DNA of 64,000 nt from Octopus sinensis (Eukaryota), in NCBI RefSeq assembly GCF_006345805.1, contig NC_043019.1, forward strand, positions 22,257,360 to 22,321,359, in the 5' to 3' direction. The position numbers were made by a program, and so were the translations under genes. Positions within the stretch are counted from its first letter, which is position 1, and each line of letters starts with the position of its first letter. The notes under the pieces were generated by a model. That model was not told the DNA's origin. It saw nothing but the letters and a program-made list of their open reading frames with translations, and made no database searches. Below are positions 1 to 11,912 of this stretch, in pieces.

Positions 1-448
1 ATACACTTACACCACCCGTCTATAGACGATTATATCCACACCTACCCGTATTAATATAAAGCAGGGAACAACACACATATACATATAAATATGAACACGT
101 TCGTATATACACACAATACACGTAATATATATGCGTTTATGTCAACACAAATGCATATATCGATAGAAAGAGAAACATATGTACGTACACTCACATATAT
201 ACACACACGCTAAATACATTTATACATACCTCACACACTAATAAATACATATGTGTGTATATATCAGTACTAACATATATAAAAATACGCATACACCATG
301 TATGTGTGTGTGTATGTGTGTGCGTACACGCAATATACACAAAATGAACAAACATACAATAAATGAATACGTATACACGCTGTACAAATACAACACACGC
401 ACATAAATATATATATATATATACACACACACACATATATATATATAT

Positions 449-479
<31 letters not shown>

Positions 480-950
480 CACACATAAACGCATACGCAA
501 TACACACATTTACATGTACACAATATAGATATCGTTCACACAATTACATACACACTCATAAATGTACACACTATAGATATCATTCACATATATACACACG
601 TACGCACACATACACATATATATATAGTATATACACGTACACACACATATATATATAGTATATACACGTACACACACATATATATATATATAGTATATAT
701 ATAGTATATACACGTACACACACACACACACATTATATATAGTATATCCACGTACACACTCACACACATACATATCCTGACACATTTACACACACACTAA
801 CACATACACAGAGATACACACACACACACACATCCTGACACATTTACACACACACACAGATATACACACACACACACATACACAGATACACACACACAGA
901 TACACACACAGATACACACACACAGATACACACATACACACACACACACA
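1..950. repeat. Compound (CA)/(TA)/(CAGATA) microsatellite directly upstream of the PAQR3 ATG
   Basis: Direct reading; runs up to the aaaacATG. Confidence 0.95.
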
Positions 951-954
951 AAAC

Positions 955-1274
955 ATGGCGACTCAGTTTGCAGACGACGGTGGTTCGGCAAAGAGCAGTT
1001 TCGTTATCTTGGACCTTGAGGTGGATGCCGATAGTTTACTATCTTCATCGCCATCGTCATTATCTCCTTGTCTGTTGTGTTGTTGCGCTCGACACATGAT
1101 GATGGTGGACAGGAAGAAGACGAACAACAAGGAGGAGAGTAACTGCAAGAGCATCAGCAAGAAGGAAGAGATCTCCCTTTATAGGGACCATGAGATCCCG
1201 GACTTCCTAAGGATCAACCGCCACATTGTGCGGGGCTATAGGTCCCTCCTACCCGTCCATCTCTGTCTCAAAAG
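955..1274 (+). CDS. PAQR3: PAQR3 coding exon 1 (progestin and adipoQ receptor family member 3)
   Basis: ATG in aaacATGG context. Encodes ...EIPDFLRINRHIVRGYRSLLPVHLCLK, matching the PAQR pre-TM motif (human QIPGSLKDNPYITDGYRAYLPSRLCIKS, from recall). Donor AAAAG|GTAACC, phase 2. Confidence 0.93.
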
Positions 1275-1291
1275 GTAACCGTCCGAATTAT

Positions 1292-1383
1292 AATACATAC
1301 ATACATTTGTATATGCATTTGTATATGCATATGTTTATACATACATATATACATACATACATTTGTATATGCATGTCTATACA

Positions 1384-1415
<32 letters not shown>

Positions 1416-1785
1416 AACATACATACATACATACATTTGTATATGCATATGTCTATACATACATATATACATACATACATACATACATACATTTGTATAT
1501 GCATATGTTTATACATACATATATACATACATACATACATAGATACATATATACATACATACATACATACATTTGTATATGCATATGTTTATACATACAT
1601 ACATACATACATATATACATACATACATTTGTATATGCATATGTTTATACATACATATATACATACATACATCATACATACATACATACATACATACATT
1701 TGTATATGCATATGTTTATACATACATACATACATACATATGTATATGTACTTATGTTTATACATATGTATATAAATATATTCAT
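1292..1785. repeat. (TACA)n array with a higher-order unit containing tttgtatatgcatatgt
   Basis: Direct reading; explains the H/Y/I/M ORFs at 1226-1932. Confidence 0.92.
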
Positions 1786-1860
1786 ACACAGTTTCTTTCT
1801 CTCTCACAAACACACTCTCTCTATATATGTGATGACGATGATGATGATGATGAATGGTTT

Positions 1861-1892
<32 letters not shown>

Positions 1893-2448
1893 TGTAGGTG
1901 AACTTGCTGTAATCAACGACCTCCGATACTAAAAACCAAAAGAAAAACGGTAGGGGCCATTTAGAGACGATGTGGATACATTTATTTTTATTCTTTTTTA
2001 CCCAATTTATAAATAAAAAATCATCATATTTACATGCGTGAACTAGTGTGAGCTAAGATTGATCAACACAGAGTTAATTAACCATTTAATGGTTAATGGT
2101 TTATTTCATATGTAAACTGCACCGGAGGTTGTTGTTTACATAGATATTCATCAGCTTTACTTTCAGTATAGAAATATGAGTGTATACATATGTATGTGTT
2201 TATGTATGTTTCTCTCTCTACATACATACATAAATACATACATACATACATACACACACATATATATATATACATGCTTGTGTGTATATTTTGCAATATA
2301 TCATGTTTTTTTTCTTGAATTCTTTGTTCTGTTTTTGTCTCGTTCATTCAGGTTTCTCTTACTCATTCACCTCTGACAGAGGTGGCTTAAAAAAAATTTT
2401 TTTTCTTCCCTTTAATTTAAAATATAAAAGGGATGAGATATGTGTGTG

Positions 2449-2480
<32 letters not shown>

Positions 2481-2519
2481 TATATATTGTATCTACATAC
2501 ATATATAAATATACACGCG

Positions 2520-2551
<32 letters not shown>

Positions 2552-2864
2552 TGTACACATACACACACACACGAGTATTTTGAATGTAATTTCAGATTGT
2601 ATTACAGGGCATTGTTGTTCTTGCTTCTTTCCTTTCTCCTTCATCAATCATCTTGTTCAATCACTTCTAACGGTATTTTTTTCCTCACATATTTGAAAAG
2701 AAAATAAAATAAAAAATATTGTAATGAATGAAAAGTCACATGGCCGAACGAAATATATAGAGAGAATAGTCAAGGTAGAGTAGAAGCCAACCTCACCGTA
2801 TTACAGGTACTTATAGAATAATTAGTCTCCCTCCTCTTTCACCTGTATTCTTCTCACTCTGTCC

Positions 2865-3060
2865 TATATATATATAAAATAAGTATTATGAATTTGAGGT
2901 AAAACATTTTACCTTCGCCCATATAATACAATAAATGAATTGATTGCATTGCAATTCTTAGCATTTATGTATTAGCCTTTCTGGGTACTTTACTGGCAGT
3001 ATATTGGATAAATGTTATCCCATAGTGGGTTACACTCACAACCCATATCTCACTTTGTAT
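2865..3060. repeat. Unclassified ~190 bp interspersed repeat in (TA)n; second copy near 25960-26150
   Basis: Both copies share aatacaataaatga.ttgattgcattgcaatt...ctgggtacttta...cagtatattggataaatg.tatcc.atagtgggttacac and are flanked by (TA)n. Confidence 0.7.
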
Positions 3061-3783
3061 ATATATATATATATATATATATAGCCCCTTGATCAGTTGA
3101 AAAGAATTGAACAACAGAGAAAATTAAAGCTACTTTTGTCAGTCATTTCTCAAATATATTTATAAATATATTTATATATATCTATATATATTTGGAATTT
3201 TAACTTCTTATATATATTACAACTCACCACGTGGGGATAATCGAAATCCCTCCTTTTCTGTTACTATAAATATATATATATATGAGAAGGAGAGAGAAAA
3301 GTGACCATTTTTTTCTTGTTTCAGTCATTGGACTGCAGCCTAGCTGGAGCATTGTCTTGAAGGGTTTTAGTGGAATAATGAGTACTGGGGTCTGAATACT
3401 TATTATTATATGTCTGGCACTTATTTTTTTTTACCCTCTTTTGCTGAACCACTAAGATGTGGATGCTAGGTGTGCCACAGTGAAACCTGAATATAATATT
3501 TTTCTCTTATACTATAAGTTATATTTTTAGTTCCGGAGTGCCACTGAATTTTGAAAAAAAGTATAAGTGTACTGCAAGTGAAAAAAAGATTGCGGATCAC
3601 TGGTTTATGTCTCCACGTCTTGGTGGTTCAGCAAAAGAAGGCACTTCATAGATATTGTCATCAGTAATGTAGGGTCATCATGCTCAATCAGGGTTCAAGA
3701 AAATTCAAAAAGACACAAAATGAAATGAAAAAAAAAATCCTCCTCCTCCTCCTCATCATCATCATCACCACCACCATCATCAC

Positions 3784-3817
<34 letters not shown>

Positions 3818-4467
3818 TCATCATCATCATCGTTTTAATATCTCACATTTGAATGGGTTGGATGGAATTCATTGAGATAGACTTTCTACAGCCAGATGCC
3901 CTCACTGTTGCCAACCCTCATAACCAGACGGGTTTTGATAGAAGATTGAAAATAAACGACACTGCTTGTATGACGGTGATGCGCGTTTACAATTATCGCA
4001 TGTTAACTTGATACAAGGCAAAGGGGACAGTAACACATGCATATATACATACATACCTACATACTGGTGATAACAGAGGACTGAGATATGTGGCGCATTG
4101 CTGTACTCAAGAAGATCTGCTCATCACAACTGAATTGATATCCTAAAACCAAGGTGCCATGTAAAAAACATTGATGTTGGTGCCTGTGCCACATGAAAAG
4201 TAATGGTGATGGTGCCACTGGGTGATGGTGCATCATAAATGGCACCTAGTACACTCTGTAAAGTGAGTGGCATTAGAAAGGGCATCCAGCCTTAGAAACC
4301 AAGCCAAAATAGACCAAGGACCTGGGGCAGCCACTGGCCTTGCCTGTTCCTCTCAAGCCATCCAACTCATGCCGGCATTAAATGATGATGATGATGATAA
4401 TCTATAGTGCTATATGAAAGTGCATGTGCAGTGCTATGTAAAAACACCTGTGTAGTGCCATGCCAAA

Positions 4468-5361
4468 GTGCCCATGCAGTGCCCCTGTAACAGCATCTGT
4501 GCAGTACCACATAAAAGTGCCCATGCAGTGCCCCTGTAACAGCGTCTGTGCAGTACCACATAAAAGTGCCTGTGCAGTGCCCCTGTAACAGCATCTGTGC
4601 AGTACCACATAAAAGTGCCTGTGCAGTGCCCCTGTAACAGCATCTGTGCAGTACCACATAAAAGTGCCCATGCAGTGCCCCTGTAACAGCATCTGTGCAG
4701 TACCACATAAAAGTGCCCATGCAGTGCCCCTGTAACAGCATCTGTGCAGTACCACATAAAAGTGCCCATGCAGTGCCCCTGTAACAGCATCTGTGCAGTA
4801 CCACATAAAAGTGCCCATGCAGTGCCCCTGTAACAGCATCTGTGCAGTACCACATAAAAGTGCCTGTGCAGTGCCCCTGTAACAGCATCTGTGCAGTACC
4901 ACATAAAAGTGCCCATGCAGTGCCCCTGTAACAGCATCTGTGCAGTACCACATAAAAGTGCCCATGCAGTGCCCCTGTAACAGCATCTGTGCAGTACCAC
5001 ATAAAAGTGCCCATGCAGTGCCCCTGTAACAGCATCTGTGCAGTACCACATAAAAGTGCCCATGCAGTGCCCCTGTAACAGCATCTGTGCAGTACCACAT
5101 AAAAGTGCCCATGCAGTGCCCCTGTAACAGCATCTGTGCAGTACCACATAAAAGTGCCTGTGCAGTGCCCCTGTAACAGCATCTGTGCAGTACCACATAA
5201 AAGTGCCTGTGCAGTGCCCCTGTAACAGCATCTGTGCAGTACCACATAAAAGTGCCTGTGCAGTGCCCCTGTAACAGCATCTGTGCAGTACCACATAAAA
5301 GTGCCTGTGCAGTGCCCCTGTAACAGCGTCTGTGCAGTACCACATAAAAGTGCCTGTGCAG
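4468..5361. repeat. 49-bp minisatellite, 18 full units plus a partial
   Basis: Unit gtgcc(ca/tg)tgcagtgcccctgtaacagcatctgtgcagtaccacataaaa; unit starts at 4468, 4517 ... 5301, 5350. Confidence 0.97.
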
Positions 5362-5772
5362 TTCAACCAGCATGGACAACGGACGGACGTTAAATAATGA
5401 TATATATGCTTTTACAGCAAGACACCTGTTCCTCTTCTACCTTACTTTATTACTTGAGTCTTTCAACACCTGACATAAAGCTGCCCCACCTCACCTCTCT
5501 ACTAAACCCTACTCTATTGAATGGTTTCTTTTTTTTTTTTTCTAAGTCTGTTGAGTTACTTGGTAATCTCACTAGTGGTAGTGTCATAAAGAAAGCACCC
5601 AGTACACACTGTAAAGTGGTTGGTACTAGGAAGAGCACCAAGACATAGAGAGCTTGGCAATACAGATATTGGAGCTTGACACAGTCCTCTGGCTTCTTAA
5701 ATCCTGTCAACCCATTGAACTCATGAAAAACAGATGTTACATGGTGGTGATGATGATGATGATGTCTGCGTA

Positions 5773-5993
5773 TACTCTTACTCTTTTACTTGTTTCAGTC
5801 ATTTGACTGCGGCCATGCTGGAGCACCGCCTTTAATCGAGCAACTCGACCGCGGGACTTATTCTTTTTGTAAGCCCAGTACTTATTCTATCGGTCTCTTT
5901 TGCCGAACCGCCAAGTAACGGAGATGTAAACACACCAGCATCGGTTGTCAAGCAATGCTAGGGGGGACAAACACAGATACACAAACACACACA

Positions 5994-6031
<38 letters not shown>

Positions 6032-6200
6032 TACGACGGGCTTCTTTTCAGTTTCCATCTACCAAATCTACTCACAAGGCTTTGGTTGGCCCGAGGCTAT
6101 AGTAGAAGACACTTGCCCAAGGTGCTACGCAGTGGGACTGAACCCAGAACCATGTGGTTGGTAAACAAGCTACTTACCACACAGCCATTCCTGTGCCTAT
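5773..6200 (-). mobile_element. SINE family A (tRNA head + CORE-like body, internal TA/CA microsatellite, (AAAGAGT)n tail)
   Basis: Reverse complement of aggcacaggaatggctgtgtggtaagtag...gggttcagtcccactgcgtagcaccttgggcaagtgtctt...; more than 10 near-identical copies in the window. Confidence 0.88.
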
Positions 6201-6889
6201 ATATGTATATGTTTATGCTTATGTATATTTTATGAATATATGTATTTGTTTGTATGTGTGTGTTTATATATGTATGTGTATGTATATATGTGTGTGTGTG
6301 TGCATAGACACACACATAATAGGTGGAAGAATAGATATATCAATGGCATAAACAAGCTGGTTGGCAGACTGAGAGACAAACAGACAGACATAATAGATGA
6401 ATGGACAGGCTGTTGGATAGAACAGTAACGAGCTAGATTGATTGATTAACATGGAGAAGCACACTAATTGACATATGCATATATAAATAAATACATAATG
6501 GTGTGTGTATTTCTATACGAAAATAGGTGAACGGGCTGATAGAAATAGATTTTCTCTAACAATGTCAAAACGGTTGTTTTTCTGCACCTCAGGTATCCAC
6601 CTCAGGTCTCATATATCTTTCTATAGTTTCCTTCTTCTTTTCTATCATTTAGTCATTCTTTTATCCATTATTATTATCATTATTATTATTATTATTATTG
6701 TTTGGTTTGCATAAAAATCTCTCAGCCTTCCACTCCTATTCAGTTGTTCTGTACTGAAAAAAATGAAGCAACTGGTTTTGTTTTTGTCTTCAAATTCTTT
6801 GTGTGTGTGTCTGTGTGTGTGTGTGTGTATTTCGTCAGAGAATATCCTTCCAGTGAGCACTTTAAAGAAAGAAGAGTTCTTAGAATTAT

Positions 6890-7232
6890 CATTGCCATCA
6901 GCCAGGCGGTGCTGGTAACGGCCACGTTTGGCATGTAAGAGAACCATCCGAAAGTGGCTGTTGCCAGCCTCGTCTGGCCCCCGTGCTGGTGGCACGTAAA
7001 AAGCACCATCCAATCGTGGCCGTTTGCCAGCCTTGCCTGGTACCTGTGCAGGTGGCATGTAAAAAGCACCCACTACACTCACGGAGTGGTTGGCGTTAGG
7101 AAGGGCATCCAGCTGTAGAAACACTGCCAGATCTGACTGGGCCTGGCGCAGCCTCCTGGCTTCCCAGACCCCAGTTGAACCGTCCAACCCATGCTAGCAT
7201 GAAAAACGGACGTTAAACGATGATGATGATGA
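6890..7232 (+). mobile_element. SINE family B (RTE-type 3' tail ending (GAT)n)
   Basis: ggtggcacgtaaaaagcacc repeats then gttggcgttaggaagggcatccagctgtagaaac...gctagcatgaaaaacggacgttaaacgatgatgatg. Other copies: 12984-13225(-), 22385-22695(+), 25277-25582(-), 27360-27556(+), 27836-28240(-), 36897-37172(+). Confidence 0.85.
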
Positions 7233-8019
7233 TCATCATCATCATCGTTGTCGTCACCAGTTAACATCCATTTTCCATGCTGACATGGGTTGGGTGGTTC
7301 AACAGGGTGCTGGTGAGCCGGAGTACTATGCAAAGCTACAACATTTTGCTTTAGCATGATTTCTGTGGCTGGATGCCTTTTCTGATGCCAACCACTTTAC
7401 AAAATGTACTGGGTGGGCTTTATGTAGCACCAGCTTCAGTGAGGTCGCCAAATAACTCACAAAACAAGACCTCTCAACTGAGTGGTGTGTGTGTGTGCAT
7501 GTAGTACTGAGGGTGCAATCCTGAAAGGATGAATGGCAAAATAGATCTCTGTAGGATTTGAACTCAGAATATAAAAAGCTAAAACAAATACTACATGGCA
7601 TTTTGTTAGATGCTTCATATCTATTCTACCAATCTGCTGCCTGCTGTTAGTTCAATTTTTAGTAGGACTATTCCATTTCAGAACTATGTTGTGAGTTAAA
7701 ATTCCACCGAGGTTGACTTAGCCTTTTATCCTTTTGGGGTTGATGAACCAAGTATGAGTCAAGCACTGGGGTTGACGTTATAGACTTGTCTCCTCCCACA
7801 AAATTTCAGGCCATGTGCCTATAGTAGAAAGGATTCTTATTTTGGTTTGGCTCAGGTTTGGTCTTATTCCTGGTAGGATTTATGTGAGTAGTTTTCAGCT
7901 GTCTTTCAAGTGCTTAGAACCCTCCTGATAATCCTTGCTGTCCCTAAGAGAAACTTTCTGTAAGAGCTCTACTGGGCATTCTATTTCACTCTTCTTTAGC
8001 CATTTGTCTATTATTATTA

Positions 8020-8235
8020 ATTGAGCTGGCACAATCATTAGCATGCTGGGCAACATGCTTAGCTGCATTTTGTCCATCTTTACGTTTTGAGTTCAAATTC
8101 TGCCAAGGTTGGATTTGCCTTTCATCCTTTCAGCTTTCATAAATCAAGGATCAGCTGAGTACCAGGGTCAATGTAATTGACTTACCCCCTCCCACCAAAT
8201 TTCAGGCATTGTGCCTTTTGTAGAAAGGGTTATTA
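8020..8235 (+). mobile_element. SINE family C, older copies (tRNA head + Meta-like domain, (ATT)n tail)
   Basis: ttgagttcaaattctgccaaggttggatttgcctttcatccttt... Similar copies near 7690, 18680, 19280, 30190, 30485, 30790, 33985, 36635 and 37235. The domain resembles the MetaSINE/Sauria gtcgactcagccttccatcc motif (recall). Confidence 0.75.
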
Positions 8236-8238
8236 TTA

Positions 8239-8273
<35 letters not shown>

Positions 8274-8400
8274 GTTATTATTATTATTATTATTATTATC
8301 ATTATTATTCAGTAGTTTTATTTTTATAGCGTGCTTTCACTTCACTGCCGAGTGCAGCTCTGTGTGCCTTGGGTATGTGCTGTGGTTTGCTGTGATACTC

Positions 8401-8449
<49 letters not shown>

Positions 8450-8528
8450 CATTATTATTATCATTATTATTATCATTATTATTATTATCATTTTTATTAT
8501 CATTATTATCAATTTTATTATTATTATC

Positions 8529-8571
<43 letters not shown>

Positions 8572-8702
8572 TCATCATCATCATCATTATTATTATTATT
8601 ATTATCATTTTTATTATTATCATCATTATTATTATTATTATCATTTTTATTATTATCATCATTATCATTATTATTATTATTATCATTTTTATTATTATTA
8701 TC

Positions 8703-8734
<32 letters not shown>

Positions 8735-8795
8735 TTTTATCATCATCATCATCATCATTATTATCATTATTATTATTATTATTATTATTATTTAC
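8231..8795. repeat. (ATT)/(ATC) trinucleotide array
   Basis: Direct reading; source of the poly-I/L/N/M ORFs. Confidence 0.97.
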
Positions 8796-9785
8796 CTTTG
8801 GTTTATCCAAAGCATTTTCATAACTTTGTTCTAAACATCCATGCTTGTTTTCAGATTTTTAGTTGGCCTTCATTTCGTATGTTCTGAGCACTAATAAAAC
8901 TTTCCTTTCATAACTCCCAAAGTTATTCTGATGGTTGAAATAAATCATGAATGTGTATCGTGGATGCCAGGCACATATTCCCCTTGCATTCATGCATCAT
9001 GTATGCGATGTTTACCACATGTGATACACAGGACAGGCGAAGAGTTAAATACTAGTCAAGCACAGAGATCAATGCAATCAATTATTTCCTTCCCCTTAAA
9101 ACTGCTGGCCTTGTGCCAAGATCTGAATCTTATTATTGTTATTATCATTGTTATTATTATTATTATTATTATTAGGTTCATTCCATTGATTCTGTTCCAT
9201 TCCTGTATGAAACTGATATTGGCCTTGCGCCCAGATAAAAAGAAATCATTATTAGCCACACATTTATGAATCTACCGCAACAGTTATACGGAGTCTTGCA
9301 CTTCAAGAAAGATGGCCTTTGATTAAAAATTTATAAACAAAATCTAACACTATAAGTGTCAGTTTGAGATTTTTTAGCTAACCCTTCTTCATTCTGTGTG
9401 ATTTATTTATTTTTTAAATTTCTTTTTTTTTGAAATTTTTAAAAATTATTTTTTATTATTTTATTCTTTTTATTTTTATTTTTAGAGTGTTTAATTCATC
9501 TTCTTTACAAACACATGGACGTATGATTGTGCTATGTATGTGTGTTTAAACTCAGTTATATACATGTGATTATAAACGTACAGTTTAACACCCATGTGCT
9601 TTACACACATACACACAAGTAAATATGCAGGTGAACACAAGTAGGCTTAATGAGTCTATTTTTACCTGGAGTACAAATAAACAAAAGGAATGATGTAATA
9701 GTTTAACACACACACACACACTCTCAAACAAACACATATACATACATACACATGATGTATGCATGTCAAAATGTGTATATATGTA

Positions 9786-9841
<56 letters not shown>

Positions 9842-10413
9842 TACACATATGTGAGTGTGTGTGTGTGCATGTGTGTATTTATATAAAGGGTGATGCTTTG
9901 TATCTAGTGCAGTAGCACTTGCAACTCTTTTGCTCACAGCTCTCTGCTGTTGGCTAACTGATATGGGGGAATCAAGAAGCAGCCTAGTGTGTGTGTGTCT
10001 TTCTGTGTCAGGTTTTGTAGCATTCCCGATTTAAGATAGTAAGGTGTGATTTAAAGAGGATTTGGCTGCTATTTCTAGCAAACCAAGAGTGCATGTCAAG
10101 ATCCTCTCATTGTCTTGTTTTTCTTTTCTCTAGTTTCACTTACTAGTATTGGAGATGATTTTCCTCAGTTTGAAGACATTATCGACACAACATTTCAGTA
10201 GGTGTTTTCCCCAGTTGTTTTCTGGTGATATTATTTACTAATCCAGCACAGGGATTGAACCTGGAATCTTTATTTTAACATCTAACCTATTGTTCCTTTG
10301 GAAAGATGCTTAGCAGCCACTCACATGGAGAGATGACCTGATTTCTCACTTGCACTATGCTTACGCTCATTGGTTTAGGGTTCCTAGATAATGATAAAGC
10401 ATATATATATATT

Positions 10414-10464
<51 letters not shown>

Positions 10465-10468
<4 letters not shown>

Positions 10469-11912
10469 AATAATTATTATTTGAGGGAATAAAATCCAAA
10501 CTTACAAGGAAAAGAATTCAATTTAGAAATACTAAATCAAATTTCACAAAATATAACATATATATAATTTTATTGTTATTTTAATTATAACTCTTCTATT
10601 ATATGTAATTTTCTAGATGGTGTAATTTAATTATTCATTTTGAATTGATAAAAGATGTTTTTTTTCTAATTTTATATATATATATATATATTATATTAAA
10701 TTAGAGATAAAACCACTATTAGGCAAATCATGCAATGAAAAACTTAAGCCAATACATAAGATTAATTAATTTATATTATTTTAAATATATATCAAAATTA
10801 TTAAAAAGAGATAATTAGTATAACACTACGATCGTTTCATGGCTGTCCAATTCTTAAAATTTCGAGTTACAGTCATTCTTCAGGTGATTTAAATATCTAA
10901 AATATAATCAGAAATATTTAAACAATATTTTTAAGATATAAATAATATATATAATATAATAATTTTACTTATAATAAACTCTATTATCAAACTAGAGACA
11001 TAGAACTTAACAATTATGATTATATCCAAATCGACTATAATGTTAAATATTAATTTTAATTTATAAGGTAGGAAACCCGCCCATAATCTAATATCAATAT
11101 TAGTCTATATCTAATTACATAAATATTTAAAATGACTAATATATATAAATTATCAATGAAAATATATAAATGTATATAAATATTATAATTAAGATCTAAA
11201 ATAATCTCTATAAATAATTGTATATGCACATATAATAAAAACCTAATAAATTTAATTTTTCATATTTAAATATGAAATAGCTAATTTCAAAATACAAATA
11301 AACTAACTTAAACGAACTTTCAGAAATCTTATGTAAAAAACTTTTAGAAATAATCAATTCGTAGTAATATAGTATCGAATAAATACTATAAGTACTATAA
11401 ATATAATTATGAATGGGAATAATTATTGAATATAAATTTAAAGAAATAACTAAGTTATGCTATTAAATTAGACATGGCCTGGACCAATCTTTAGTCGAAA
11501 CATATCTAAATTTATCAAAGTTTATCTAATTTAATTATAAATTTAAAACTACAATTAATACTATTAAAACATGTATATACAAAGCCTAACTTTATACACC
11601 TCGTATGCTTGCTATCAAATAATAAATCTATCGCTAAGAAGTATCTTACGAATAAACTTAAATTTAATATCTAATAATATAGAAAATTACGATAATTAGA
11701 TCATTACATAAACAACGATATTTACATAAGGAGAATATTATTACTCCAAAGGCTTATACAATATTAAAATTTACAATTTGAAGATCTTAAATAAATACAT
11801 ACTTAACTTAGCAAGGTTTAATCAATGAACTAAAATTTTGAATCAGAAAACGTCTTTTACAGCGTTTATAAGAATACTTGTGGAATTACGTTATTAGACA
11901 CTCTCTTATACC
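10465..11912 (-). mobile_element. Very AT-rich Penelope-like element fragment carrying a hammerhead motif
   Basis: Abuts (TA)n on the left; contains a minimal hammerhead at 10824-10886 on -. No RT or GIY-YIG ORF was recognised. Confidence 0.5.
10824..10886 (-). ncRNA. Minimal type I hammerhead ribozyme motif
   Basis: Minus strand: CAC-CUGAAGA-AUGACUGU-loop-ACAGCCAU-GAAA-CGAUCG-UA^GUG. Stem II 7/8 bp, palindromic stem III ACGAUCGU, GUA cleavage triplet, stem I CAC/GUG. Confidence 0.72.

Noticed and set aside
4468-5361. CRISPR-like regular array
   Set aside because: Units are contiguous with no unique spacers, the context is eukaryotic, and there are no cas genes.
4367-5379. Three overlapping 309-325 aa Cys/His-rich ORFs on the minus strand
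   Set aside because: A 49-bp unit without minus-strand stops cycles through all three frames. There are no splice signals or domain; it is a satellite artefact.
10465-11912. Possible mitochondrial insertion (NUMT) suggested by extreme AT content
   Set aside because: No recognisable mitochondrial protein, rRNA or tRNA motif; the hammerhead and (TA)n flank fit a retroelement better.
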